Shown here in pieces: positions 37,506 through 45,682 of a stretch of 64,000 nt of DNA. The stretch covers positions 31 through 64,030 of the forward strand of contig JBHGBF010000042.1 in the NCBI GenBank assembly GCA_041946865.1, read 5' to 3'. The DNA is from Acidobacteriota bacterium. GTDB taxonomy: Bacteria > Acidobacteriota > UBA6911 > RPQK01. The notes beneath the pieces are model-generated. The model was not told where the DNA came from. It made no database searches and saw only the letters and a program-made list of their open reading frames with translations. The position numbers and the translations under genes were made by a program. Every line of letters starts with the position of its first letter. Position 1 is the stretch's first letter.

Positions 37506-38621
37506 TTATCCCGGGAAAGGGCCCGCCTCTGGCGGCGTCTCACCCGTTCTGAAGTACTTGCGCAGCATGGCGCCCCACAACACCAGCGAGCCTGCGAAGA
37601 GGACAAGAAACAGCACCATGAGGTTCCATTGAATCCGAGCGTCAGGCGTCTCCAGGAAGGGCGCCAGATAAGCGCGTCTCAGGACCTCGCGCATCAGGGC
37701 CATGCCGATCAGGACGAAAGCCGTGAGGAGGAGCGACGTCAGCGCCAGCCGGCGGGGGGCGTTCGACCGAAGCGCCGCGAGCATGAGAAGAACTGCGGGA
37801 AGCGTGGCCACGAGCGTGGCGCCGAAAAGGAGTGTAGCACGCCAGTCGCCGCCCAGGAAAAACATCAGCTTGTCCCGAGGCAGGCTGATGAGGAACCATG
37901 TCCCGACGATGAACTGGAGCATCGTCGGGACGATGAACCAGTAAGCGCCGTGCTGCAGAAGGAATTGCGCGTACGCCGGGTCTTGTTTCCGCTTCATCAG
38001 GCCCAGCACTACGACCAGCAGGCCCGCGACCGCCGCGGCGGCGACGAGCGTGTGGACGAGACGCGGCCAGAGCATCGGCTCCTCCAGATTCAGGTTCAGC
38101 CCGGCGGAATCGGCGTGGTACCTGGCCAGCCACTTCTCGGGAGTAAGCAAGAGGGTGAAATTGTTCGTGTAGATAAAGGCAATTGTCAGGAAAACAGCCA
38201 GGGCGAGGAAGGACAGGAAACGGTACCCGCTTCGTTCGCCTTTAAAGGCCACCAGGTACGAGGCATAGTAGCCGATGGTCAGCAGGACGATCACCGAGAG
38301 CCAAGGCCAGGCGAGGATCACCGAGGACGAGTAGAAGAACTGCCCGTAGAGAACCTGCACAAAGAGCAAGGGGGCGACGCCCAGAGTGATGGTGGCAGCA
38401 AGGAAGGAAGGGATTTTCCGCGCGAGGTCGCCGGCCAGCCGTTGATGAAACGGGTGACTCCGCCGTAAGAACGCGGTTGTGGAGATCAGGGTCCCCCCAA
38501 ACACACAGTTCATCGCGATCGTGTGGAGCAGGAAAGTCAGGACTAGCAAGGTCCAGAAAAGCCAGACCGGACCGGGAAGAGGGATCGGGTCAACGGCGGG
38601 TATGACAGGCTGAGTCGGCAT
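37506..38621 (-). CDS. Polytopic membrane protein, paralogous to the N-terminus of the upstream CydA-like protein
   Basis: About 10 transmembrane segments. TM1 'VWLFWTLLVLTFLLHTIAMNCVFGG' mirrors TM1 of the upstream gene ('VHVFVSHFAIGGG'), including a conserved His. Start set at the internal ATG (track ORF begins 75 nt earlier). Confidence 0.5.
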   Translation of the reverse strand: MPTQPVIPAVDPIPLPGPVWLFWTLLVLTFLLHTIAMNCVFGGTLISTTAFLRRSHPFHQRLAGDLARKIPSFLAATITLGVAPLLFVQVLYGQFFYSSSVILAWPWLSVIVLLTIGYYASYLVAFKGERSGYRFLSFLALAVFLTIAFIYTNNFTLLLTPEKWLARYHADSAGLNLNLEEPMLWPRLVHTLVAAAAVAGLLVVVLGLMKRKQDPAYAQFLLQHGAYWFIVPTMLQFIVGTWFLISLPRDKLMFFLGGDWRATLLFGATLVATLPAVLLMLAALRSNAPRRLALTSLLLTAFVLIGMALMREVLRRAYLAPFLETPDARIQWNLMVLFLVLFAGSLVLWGAMLRKYFRTGETPPEAGPFPG

Positions 38622-38631
38622 CTTCTTTTCG

Positions 38632-40206
38632 TCAGTCGGCGACTTTGCTCCTGAGCCAGGCAGCCAGGACCTTTCGTTCCTGATCCGTCCCGGCAAAAGG
38701 CGGCATCTTTGGATTCACGTTATTCAGGCGCCCGATGAGGTCGTAGATCTCCGCTTCATTACGGCGTCCCAGGCGAGAGAAAAGCGGGTCATCGGGCGAC
38801 TCGACATGGCAGTCGGAGCAATTCTTTTCGAAAACCCCGCTTCCGCTCGTGTCCGGTTGAGGCCCAGACAGGTGCAGGCGGGCCCGTATGCCGGTGTTCA
38901 GACCGGCCAGAAAGCGCGCGAGGGCGCGTCTTTCACTGTCGGTTCCGACGAAGCGAGGCATGACTCCGTTGAGCATCTTGTCGAGGCTTCCCAGGCGGAA
39001 GTAGATCGCTGATTCATCCCAGTTCTTGTTGCGGATCAGCTGGCTTAAGCCGCGATAATGACTGATCGTATGGCAGCTCTGGCATTGCAGCCGGAACACC
39101 TCTCGTCCCGCCTCGACCTCGTTGTCGGGAGTGACTTCCTTGTAGCGGCTCCAGCGTGCAGACGCGAGGATTCCCCGTTCCTGGATCCGGTCTGCGCTCA
39201 AACCTGCGTCCCCGGGACCCGCGTGTGCCAGGACGGAATTGCTGTACATGTAACCGTAGATTACGTAAGGCTTGCGGATTGACTCGCGAACGAGCTCAAA
39301 CGAACCCATAGCGCCGAAGGCAGCGGCAAAGACCACGAGGCTGAGCGCAAAAGGGAAGCGTCGTGGTCTGAGAAAGGCCCACAAGGAACCGGCCAAGGCG
39401 ACAGCAGCAAAAACCAGGATCAGGTTGGCGTACCGGGTCGGCGTCGGCGTTCGGCCCTGGGCGCTTGCCCAGACACCCGGAGGCAGTTTCGAAATGTACC
39501 AGAAGGCGAAAAGCGGGAGGAGCGCAAACGCCGGGACTATCCAGCGCGCGCTCCAGGCAATCACGCGGGTGCGCAAGACGCGGTCCTTTTCACGCGCCGC
39601 TCTCAGCAAGGCGTAGACTCCTGCGAGAACCAGGGAGAAGGCAAAACGGATGCCCAGGGAAGGGAGGTAGGTCGGATTCAGAAAGCCGTCCCGGAACGTC
39701 CCGGACTCGAGCCATGCTCCCGGCGTCAGCATGAACGTGATGATCCCGTTGATCACGACCAGGCTCATGAAAGCCGACCAGAAATAAACCCAACCGATCC
39801 AGAGATGAGTGTCCCGATCGAGGGTCTTCCAGCCGTAGAGGTAAAGCAGGGAGGCGGTGATTTCAAGGAAGAAGAAGAGCCACTCGATCGCCCAGGCCCA
39901 GACGTAAGAGCGGATGAGCGCGCTGGTCGCGGACGGATGAACCAGGCCGATCGTGAACCAGATCCCCACACCCGTGACGGCGCCGAAGACCACCGTCAGC
40001 AGGACAAAAAAGCGCGTATGCCTTGCCACCCAGTCGAGGAACCCCCGGTCGTTCAGACGGTAGCCTCGCTTTTCGGACACCACAAGGAAAAGTCCGCCGC
40101 CGATGGCAAAATGGGAGACGAAGACGTGGACAATGGATAGGATTGCGATCAGGAGTCCCGAGCCAAAGGCGACATCCCAGACGGGATAGTTCATCTCCCG
40201 GAGCAT
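38632..40206 (-). CDS. Cytochrome bd (CydA)-like membrane protein fused to a C-terminal di-haem cytochrome c domain
   Basis: TM1 carries a His in a CydA-like context. 'FFFLEITASLLYLYGWKTL' matches the CydA 'FFLESTFVGLFFFGWDRL' signature. The soluble C-terminus has two CxxCH motifs ('CQSCH', 'CSDCH') with downstream Met ligands. Confidence 0.55.
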   Translation of the reverse strand: MLREMNYPVWDVAFGSGLLIAILSIVHVFVSHFAIGGGLFLVVSEKRGYRLNDRGFLDWVARHTRFFVLLTVVFGAVTGVGIWFTIGLVHPSATSALIRSYVWAWAIEWLFFFLEITASLLYLYGWKTLDRDTHLWIGWVYFWSAFMSLVVINGIITFMLTPGAWLESGTFRDGFLNPTYLPSLGIRFAFSLVLAGVYALLRAAREKDRVLRTRVIAWSARWIVPAFALLPLFAFWYISKLPPGVWASAQGRTPTPTRYANLILVFAAVALAGSLWAFLRPRRFPFALSLVVFAAAFGAMGSFELVRESIRKPYVIYGYMYSNSVLAHAGPGDAGLSADRIQERGILASARWSRYKEVTPDNEVEAGREVFRLQCQSCHTISHYRGLSQLIRNKNWDESAIYFRLGSLDKMLNGVMPRFVGTDSERRALARFLAGLNTGIRARLHLSGPQPDTSGSGVFEKNCSDCHVESPDDPLFSRLGRRNEAEIYDLIGRLNNVNPKMPPFAGTDQERKVLAAWLRSKVAD

Positions 40207-40310
40207 ACTTCAAACGCGGAAGAAGTGGAATCGGACCTCGAGGTCCTCGAGGTGCGGACTGCTTGACTAAGCCGACGGTTCAGGGCAGCATGAACCGCGG
40301 ACGAGGACTC

Positions 40311-40643
40311 ATGGCTTTGCAGCCCCAGTTCGCGATCGGTGTCGTATTGGCTGTCCTTTCACTCCCTCTCGTTGCCCGGAAGGTCCCGATGAATCGGGTT
40401 TACGGGGTACGGACCCCCAAGGCTTTCGCTTCGGAACGTAACTGGTACGAGATTAACGCCTACGGAGGCAAGCTTCTTTTCGGCTACGGCCTGCTGCTGG
40501 TTGTTTTCAGCATCGTGGCCGAGGACCTGATGCCGCCGCCGACCAGCCCCTGGTCCCCCGTGTTCGTGGCCGGTCCGATGGTTCTGATCCTCCCCGTCTT
40601 TCTCCTGATTCGTTCCTTCGCACGACGCCTGCCGGATCGGTGA
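40311..40643 (+). CDS. SdpI/YhfL-family membrane protein
   Basis: 'VPMNRVYGVRTPKAFASERNWYEINAYGG' matches the SdpI-family loop. 3-4 transmembrane segments. Start chosen at an ATG with a GAGGA site 5 nt upstream; the long track ORF extension is arginine-rich junk. Confidence 0.55.
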   Translation: MALQPQFAIGVVLAVLSLPLVARKVPMNRVYGVRTPKAFASERNWYEINAYGGKLLFGYGLLLVVFSIVAEDLMPPPTSPWSPVFVAGPMVLILPVFLLIRSFARRLPDR

Positions 40644-40768
40644 GATCCACGGGCTGCGCGTTAAGGCCCGTCGTTTCAACCGGGACGCCGGTCAGCTCAA
40701 AGCCGGCTTGCTTTTTCCTGTAGCCGATCTTATGGACATTTTCTGTAACAAGAAAGGAGGAGGAGACT

Positions 40769-41344
40769 ATGTCTCGACGAAACGTTGTTGTCGTCCTCGG
40801 AATTCTGCTTTCGGGCATCTTCTTTTCCACTCTTTCTGCCCGAACCCTGGAATTCAATCCTTACCTCGGGATCTTCGCCCCGACCGAAGTGAATTCCTTC
40901 GACTTGAAGAACCCGGCGATGCTTGGAATACGAGGCGGGGTTTTTCTAACTCGGGACGTCGGAGTTGAAGCGAACCTGGGGTATACCAATCACCTCGAAT
41001 TTGCCCATACTGACCCGAAGTCGCGAGGGCTGTTATGGGAAGCAGAGGGCCTGTATCACTTCCGCGTGGGTCGCCTGCGTCCGTTCGCCGTTTTCGGAGT
41101 GGGCGCCTTGACCACACTGGTCGACAAGAAGACTCTCCCTCAGACAAGCGCCACCCTCCCATATTTCAGGGACGGCGAGACCTTTTTCAACTTCAGCTGG
41201 GGCGGGGGCATCAAAGCGATGCAGCTGTGGGGCCCGATGGGAATCCGAGCCGACCTGCGCGGCCGAACCATGGCCAACATTCGCGACGACACTGTCACCG
41301 CTTGTGAGCTGACAGGCGGTCTCACCTTCGATTGGGAACGCTGA
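40769..41344 (+). CDS. Outer-membrane beta-barrel protein (OmpA/OmpW-like fold) with signal peptide
   Basis: Strong ribosome-binding site (AAAGGAGGAGG), signal peptide 'VVLGILLSGIFFSTLSA' and an alternating hydrophobic beta-strand pattern. 191 aa. Confidence 0.6.
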   Translation: MSRRNVVVVLGILLSGIFFSTLSARTLEFNPYLGIFAPTEVNSFDLKNPAMLGIRGGVFLTRDVGVEANLGYTNHLEFAHTDPKSRGLLWEAEGLYHFRVGRLRPFAVFGVGALTTLVDKKTLPQTSATLPYFRDGETFFNFSWGGGIKAMQLWGPMGIRADLRGRTMANIRDDTVTACELTGGLTFDWER

Positions 41345-41403
41345 CGAACCCAGGCCTCCGGCCCATGCGGCCGGAGGCACTGGACTTTGGCGAAAGTATA
41401 CAG

Positions 41404-42411
41404 ATGAATCAACAGGAGCCGCTGCTGTGTGGCTGTATGGTCCTCGCTGGGGGCGAAGGACAGCGGATGAGCACCCTGATTCGTTCCTGGCTGGGCAGGG
41501 AACGCCCCAAACAATACTGTACGTTCGTGGGAACCCGATCGATGCTGAAGCATACTCTGGATAGAGTCAGCAGCTTTGTGAATGGCCAACAGATCGTGAC
41601 GGTCATCGGGAAGAACCACCTGATTCGCTTCTGGCAGAATCTAGGCGAGAGCCTGCCCGGAAGGATCCTGGAACAACCGGTCTCCCTCGGAACCGGCACA
41701 GGGATATTCCTCGCGGCCACTTGTATTCTGGCAAACGACCCGAATGCCACGTTCCTGATTCTTCCCTCCGATCATTTCGTTTATCCTGAGCACCGTTTCG
41801 TGGCTGAACTGAAAGAGATGGCGCGGCTGGCCGAACTCTTTAGCAACCGCCTCATCGTCCTTGGAGTCAAGCCGGACCGTCCTGAGACGGAGTATGGCTG
41901 GATCCAACCCGGCGGCGAACGGGGAGAAAGAATCAGAGACGTGAAGAAGTTCCGGGAGAAACCGGTTTCCCGGGAGGCTGTGGATCTGCTCTTCGAGCCC
42001 GGCAGTCTATGGAACACGTTGGTGATCGCGACTAAGGGACACGTCCTCTGGCGTCTTGGAGAGCGTTTTTTCCCCCGCATGTTGGAGAAGTTCGGAGCCC
42101 TACGCGCCACGCTGGAATCCGCCTACCGCGGACAGATTCTGGATACGAGGACCGGAACGAATCGAATCCCGCTTCCGCCGCTCACCGACGTCTACGAAGG
42201 CCTCGAGGTTGCGGATTTTTCGAGCGATCTTCTCCAAAGGGCCCCAGAGCAAACCCTGGTTTATCAGATGGGTGACGGTTTGCGCTGGAGTGACTGGGGA
42301 AAGCCTGAACGGGTCTGGGAGAGCCTGCAACTCATAGGAAAGACCCCGCGGTTCCCTCGGACTCTCGCCTTTCAGAATGCGGTCGGCAACTCGTTGAGTC
42401 CGAGCCAGTAG
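41404..42411 (+). CDS. Sugar-phosphate nucleotidyltransferase (mannose-1-phosphate guanylyltransferase-like)
   Basis: N-terminal 'MVLAGGEGQRM' (G-x-G-x-R nucleotide-binding loop) and 'ILPSDHF'. Paralogue of 51598-52659. Confidence 0.65.
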   Translation: MNQQEPLLCGCMVLAGGEGQRMSTLIRSWLGRERPKQYCTFVGTRSMLKHTLDRVSSFVNGQQIVTVIGKNHLIRFWQNLGESLPGRILEQPVSLGTGTGIFLAATCILANDPNATFLILPSDHFVYPEHRFVAELKEMARLAELFSNRLIVLGVKPDRPETEYGWIQPGGERGERIRDVKKFREKPVSREAVDLLFEPGSLWNTLVIATKGHVLWRLGERFFPRMLEKFGALRATLESAYRGQILDTRTGTNRIPLPPLTDVYEGLEVADFSSDLLQRAPEQTLVYQMGDGLRWSDWGKPERVWESLQLIGKTPRFPRTLAFQNAVGNSLSPSQ

Positions 42412-42509
42412 ATGGTCTCGCATCGTGGGAGCCGTTGACGGTCCGAAATCTTAACCGAGTGAATCGTGCTTGCGACTGGTGGATAGGCGGTTCATGAATG
42501 TCCCCCTAT

Positions 42510-42948
42510 CCTTTTTGTGTCGCGGACCTTCTTCAGGATCCTGGCATCGCTTTCGTGCCGGGGATCATCGATCGATTCTTTGATGGCGATAAGAGTGTGC
42601 AGGTCGATCCAGTTGGCGCCCGCCTCCCCGTAGCGACCGCGGATACGGCTTGCCCAAGCCTTTTCGAAGTCAATCCCGGGTAATGTGAGGATCAGATCAA
42701 TCCGGTCAGGAGCGCCGATCTGCAGAATCTGTTGGTAATCTGTCGATCAGGATAGGGCTCCCGAACTCCTCCAAGGCACGATTCGCACGATCGACGTTCT
42801 CCTCGGACGGATCGATCCACAGATCCATGTCTTTGGTGTATCTCGGCTTGGCGTGGTAGATGAAGGCAAGCCCCCCGACTATCAGGTACTTTACCTGATA
42901 GGTCTCGAGCAAGCGTAGTATGTCCTCGAAGTCCTGGACGGTTTCCAT
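42510..42948 (-). pseudogene. Minimal nucleotidyltransferase (Pol-beta superfamily) gene, apparently frameshifted
   Basis: The 80-aa ORF 42706-42948 carries the NTase motif 'VGGLAFIYHAK…DMDLWID' and stops early. A different frame continues as '…QQILQIGAPDRIDLILTLPGIDFEKAWASRIRGRYGEAGANWIDLHTLIAIKESIDDPRHESDARILKKVRD', which looks like the missing C-terminal half. Confidence 0.45.
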
Positions 42949-42956
42949 ACCGGGCG

Positions 42957-43148
42957 TCAGTCGCTCTCTTCCCGAGAGTCGAGAACTTTCTGGACATCGC
43001 GCCTGATCGCCACCAGTGCAGAGAGACGCTGCTCAGGCGAGTGCCGTTGCCAGAACTCAAGGTCCCATTGTTCGGCTTCGTCGAAGCTGTGCGCCCGATG
43101 GGCCACGATCCGCTTCTTTCTTGACTCTGTCCGTTCAGCCAAAGTCAT
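42957..43148 (-). CDS. Small hypothetical protein upstream of the NTase gene (possible cognate partner)
   Basis: 63-aa ORF ending 9 nt before the NTase start. Called from position only. Confidence 0.25.
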   Translation of the reverse strand: MTLAERTESRKKRIVAHRAHSFDEAEQWDLEFWQRHSPEQRLSALVAIRRDVQKVLDSREESD

Positions 43149-43197
43149 GGCGAAGCTCTCGGCTCTATTCTACTTGATCCCACGCCGTTTTGCGTTG

Positions 43198-43306
43198 GCG
43201 TCAAAGCGTACCGCCGTCGGGGCGCGGGATCAGGAGACTGAAAGTGCTCAGGGGGAATAGGGGAATAGGAAATGTAGGGAAATACCGTGGCTGTCCCCCT
43301 ATTTCG
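43198..43306. repeat. Left copy of the ~50-bp direct repeat bracketing the TA islet, plus G-rich 'ggggaatag' tandem and 'ctgtccccctatttcg' 16-mer
   Basis: 'gcgtcaaagcgtaccgccgtcggggcgcgggatcaggagactgaaagtgc' is repeated at 44926-44976 with 3 mismatches. The 16-mer 'ctgtccccctatttcg' recurs at ~44909. Confidence 0.7.
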
Positions 43307-43353
43307 GATAGTTCCTCCAAGGTAGAAATGGTCTGCTATGGTAGAATCGGGTT

Positions 43354-43629
43354 ATGGCGACTCTCAACATCAAGAACCAGATGGTGGTGAAGCTCGCGGA
43401 GGAAGTCAGTCGCATCACGGGCGAGAGCAGGACTGAGGCCATTCGGCGTGCCCTGGAAGAGAGAAAACAGCGACTCACGCTGCGGGTCTCACGTGTCGGC
43501 CGTCCTCAGCGCCTCGAGGAGTTCCTGGAACAAGAACTGTGGGCGCAGATCCCCTCCGGAGTTCTCGGCACGACATTGTCCAAGGAGCAGGAGGAGGAGC
43601 TGTTGGGGTTTGGACAGACGGGAGTATAG
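43354..43629 (+). CDS. vapB: Type II antitoxin, VapB family (ribbon-helix-helix, Rv0623/FitA-like)
   Basis: 91 aa with 'MATLNIKNQMVVKLAEEVSRITGESRTEAIRRALEERKQRL' typical of this antitoxin family. A PIN toxin follows 33 nt downstream. A TAGAAT -10-like box lies just upstream. Confidence 0.75.
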   Translation: MATLNIKNQMVVKLAEEVSRITGESRTEAIRRALEERKQRLTLRVSRVGRPQRLEEFLEQELWAQIPSGVLGTTLSKEQEEELLGFGQTGV

Positions 43630-43662
43630 ACATGACCGCGATTGCCCTCATAGGGAGAGGGA

Positions 43663-44052
43663 GTGATGATTGTCGACACCTCAGCGATCGTCTCAGTGTT
43701 TATGAAGGAACCTGGTTACGAGGCGCCTTTCCTGAAGATGGCCGAGGGCGCCAACCTCGCGATCGGCGCCCCCACCCTGGCCGAAACAGGCGTGGTGCTG
43801 ACGAGCAGAATCGGACGGGATGCCCGGGGGCTTCTCGCGCGGTTCCTGAGCGAGTTTGAGATAGCCGTGATCCCCTTCGGAGAGGAACACTGGATCAAGG
43901 CCATCGATGCTTACCTCCGCTTCGGCAAGGGCCGGCACCCGGCCTCTCTCAACTTTGGCGACTGCCTCAGTTACGCAACGGCAAAGGTAGCAGGTCTGCC
44001 GCTCATTTTTGTGGGGGACGACTTTTCGAAAACCGACCTTCAGGCGGGGTAG
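43663..44052 (+). CDS. vapC: PIN-domain ribonuclease toxin VapC
   Basis: 129 aa with the N-terminal 'MIVDTSAIV' acidic residue and the distal conserved D/E pattern ('FGDCLSYATA'). Good ribosome-binding site GGGAGAGGGAG. Confidence 0.8.
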   Translation: MMIVDTSAIVSVFMKEPGYEAPFLKMAEGANLAIGAPTLAETGVVLTSRIGRDARGLLARFLSEFEIAVIPFGEEHWIKAIDAYLRFGKGRHPASLNFGDCLSYATAKVAGLPLIFVGDDFSKTDLQAG

Positions 44053-44171
44053 GCTCGGCCGTCCGATCAGGCCGACTCTGACGCGAGTGAACTAAGGCAG
44101 GTCCGGCTCGCTGCGACGACGGAGCGGCCTACTTCAGCTCACGTTGGCAGGCATCGAGAGTCAGGCGCCGG

Positions 44172-44597
44172 CTACCACAGCGTATGCACCACGCCGCTTT
44201 TCCGAATGAGCCGATCGGAGGTGATGAGCATCAGGTCGTTCACGAGTGCGGTGGCCGCAATGAGCCGGTCGGCCGGATCGGGCGGGAACGAGTCGCCCAG
44301 TTGCTCTGATTCAATCGCCACGTCAACCGTGAGGGGAAGCACCTCGAGCTGCGGCGACGCCACCGCCGCGCGCAACCACAACGGCCACGGTCCGAAGCGC
44401 TTGCCGACAACGACTTCGCCGTGAGCGAGGTGCCAGGCGGCTTCCTTCAGCGAGATCGCGGCAATCCCGACGCGCTCCGGGGCGGGGAGCGCGCCTAAGG
44501 CGGCGCGGGCGCGCCGACTCAGACGAGGATGATCGAGTACGACCCAGAGCCACACGTGCGTGTCCAGCACGTACTTCACTTCAAGCTCCGGAACCAT
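44172..44597 (-). CDS. vapC: PIN-domain toxin VapC (second TA pair)
   Basis: 'YVLDTHVWLW…' PIN N-terminus and 'ITSDRL' distal acidic motif. It overlaps the upstream antitoxin by ~20 nt, so the true start may be internal. Confidence 0.75.
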   Translation of the reverse strand: MVPELEVKYVLDTHVWLWVVLDHPRLSRRARAALGALPAPERVGIAAISLKEAAWHLAHGEVVVGKRFGPWPLWLRAAVASPQLEVLPLTVDVAIESEQLGDSFPPDPADRLIAATALVNDLMLITSDRLIRKSGVVHTLW

Positions 44598-44818
44598 GCG
44601 TCCGGCGATGCGATCGGCGCCTCGATGTCACCCCGGATTTCGGCGGTGCCGGCAAGGCAGCCAACAAGGCCGCCGGTGCGCTCGGTTCCGGCTGTGATAG
44701 GCACGATCTTCGCGACCTCGCGATGGCGATTGAGGATGATCACCGTCTCCCCGCTGGCCGCGCGACGAATGAACTCGCTCGCCCGGTCGCGAAACTCGCC
44801 AATCTGGACCCGTTTCAT
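44576..44818 (-). CDS. Phd/YefM-family antitoxin
   Basis: 'MKRVQIGEFRDRASEFIRRAASGETVIILNRHREVAKIVPI' fits the Phd/YefM pattern. Start set at the internal Met; the track ORF extension upstream overlaps repeat sequence. Confidence 0.7.
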   Translation of the reverse strand: MKRVQIGEFRDRASEFIRRAASGETVIILNRHREVAKIVPITAGTERTGGLVGCLAGTAEIRGDIEAPIASPDAWFRSLK

Positions 44819-44896
44819 AAGGCAAATTGTAGCCACGTACTTGGCTATGTAAACCAAACAGGCCCAGCCGAGCGGCTCGCCCCTAATGGCGGGGGG

Positions 44897-44976
44897 AATT
44901 GGGGGGACAGCTGTCCCCCTATTTCGCGTCAAGGCGTACCGCCGCCGGGGCGCGGGATCAGAAGACTGAAAGTGCT
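44897..44976. repeat. Right copy of the ~50-bp direct repeat bracketing the TA islet (preceded by palindrome ggggacagctgtcccc and the 16-mer)
   Basis: 'ctgtccccctatttcg' followed by 'cgtcaaggcgtaccgccgccggggcgcgggatcagaagactgaaagtgc', matching 43198-43249 and 43291-43306. Confidence 0.7.
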
Positions 44977-45312
44977 TTTCGTGACAAAGTGACCGGCCTG
45001 GCAAGGATCAGAACCGCTTTTGACCGCTTTTGAAACATGTCCCAGGCGTGCTAAGCTTTCAGACGTCGGAATCACGATTTACGCGTTGCGCAGAGGTTGG
45101 CGCCAAGGTTGATTGCGGCTCGCGTGGACGTGGTGACGGGTTATGCAGCGTGGAGACCGGGGTCGAGTGGACCGTATTTCACGATATACTCACAGCGACG
45201 AGGGACAGCGCGTCCGGGCAGCAGCGTCGGGCCGATTCCCACCATGTTTCACAACACGGCTGAGCCGAAAAGGTCCGACGAAAAGCTTCAAGTCGCTTCC
45301 AATCGATAACAT

Positions 45313-45385
45313 GGGCGGTTAGCTCAGCTGGCAGAGCGTCTGTCTTACACACAGAAGGTCACTGGTTCGAGCCCGGTACCGCCCA
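45313..45385 (+). tRNA. tRNA-Val (anticodon TAC)
   Basis: GGGCGGTTAGCTCAGCTGGCAGAGCG… cloverleaf with acceptor pairing GGGCGGT/ACCGCCC, anticodon stem TCTGT/ACAGA and loop CTTACAC, a TTCGAGC T-loop and discriminator A. CCA is not encoded. Confidence 0.85.
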
Positions 45386-45682
45386 TTCCTTCTTTTCAAT
45401 TCTTTGCCTCACATCTGATCTCCGATAGTGCCTTTCGGTTTCGAAATGCGCTACGAAGGGGTGAACATCGCTCGAGTGGCGTTGGCGTCATCCGACAAAC
45501 GCCCCCTGCCCAACTGCAAAACGGATCGTCTCCCATCCCTCGCTACTCCAAGAGCCGCGCCAGGCGATCTGTCGGCATGCACCCGACGCGCTCCGCTGAA
45601 CAGCGCTGCGCTTGAGGCTCTGTTCCGCCTCGCTGCCGTAACGCCGACTCCAGTCGCAGACTTCGTGTAGCGCGGTTCTGTT

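Noticed and set aside
38632-38696. Long N-terminal extension of the 396-aa membrane protein overlapping the CydA-like gene by 64 nt
   Set aside because: An internal ATG at 38621 gives a 10-nt intergenic gap and removes a charged, non-membrane extension. The overlap is more likely an over-extended ORF.
40023-40289. 89-residue Arg/Gly-rich N-terminal extension of the SdpI-family ORF
   Set aside because: The composition (RRRWQNGRRRRGQ…) looks non-coding, and a good ribosome-binding site plus ATG occurs at 40311 just before the first transmembrane helix.
43190-43390. 66-aa ORF and the 89-aa ORF at 44723-44992 sharing 'PPGRGIRRLKVL'
   Set aside because: Both are read-throughs of the two copies of the 50-bp direct repeat flanking the TA islet. 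They are artefacts of the repeat.
43198-44976. Integron attC sites flanking TA cassettes
   Set aside because: The 50-bp repeats are direct, not the imperfect palindromes with R''/L''/L'/R' core sites expected for attC. No intI is nearby. Kept only as a generic cassette-boundary hypothesis.
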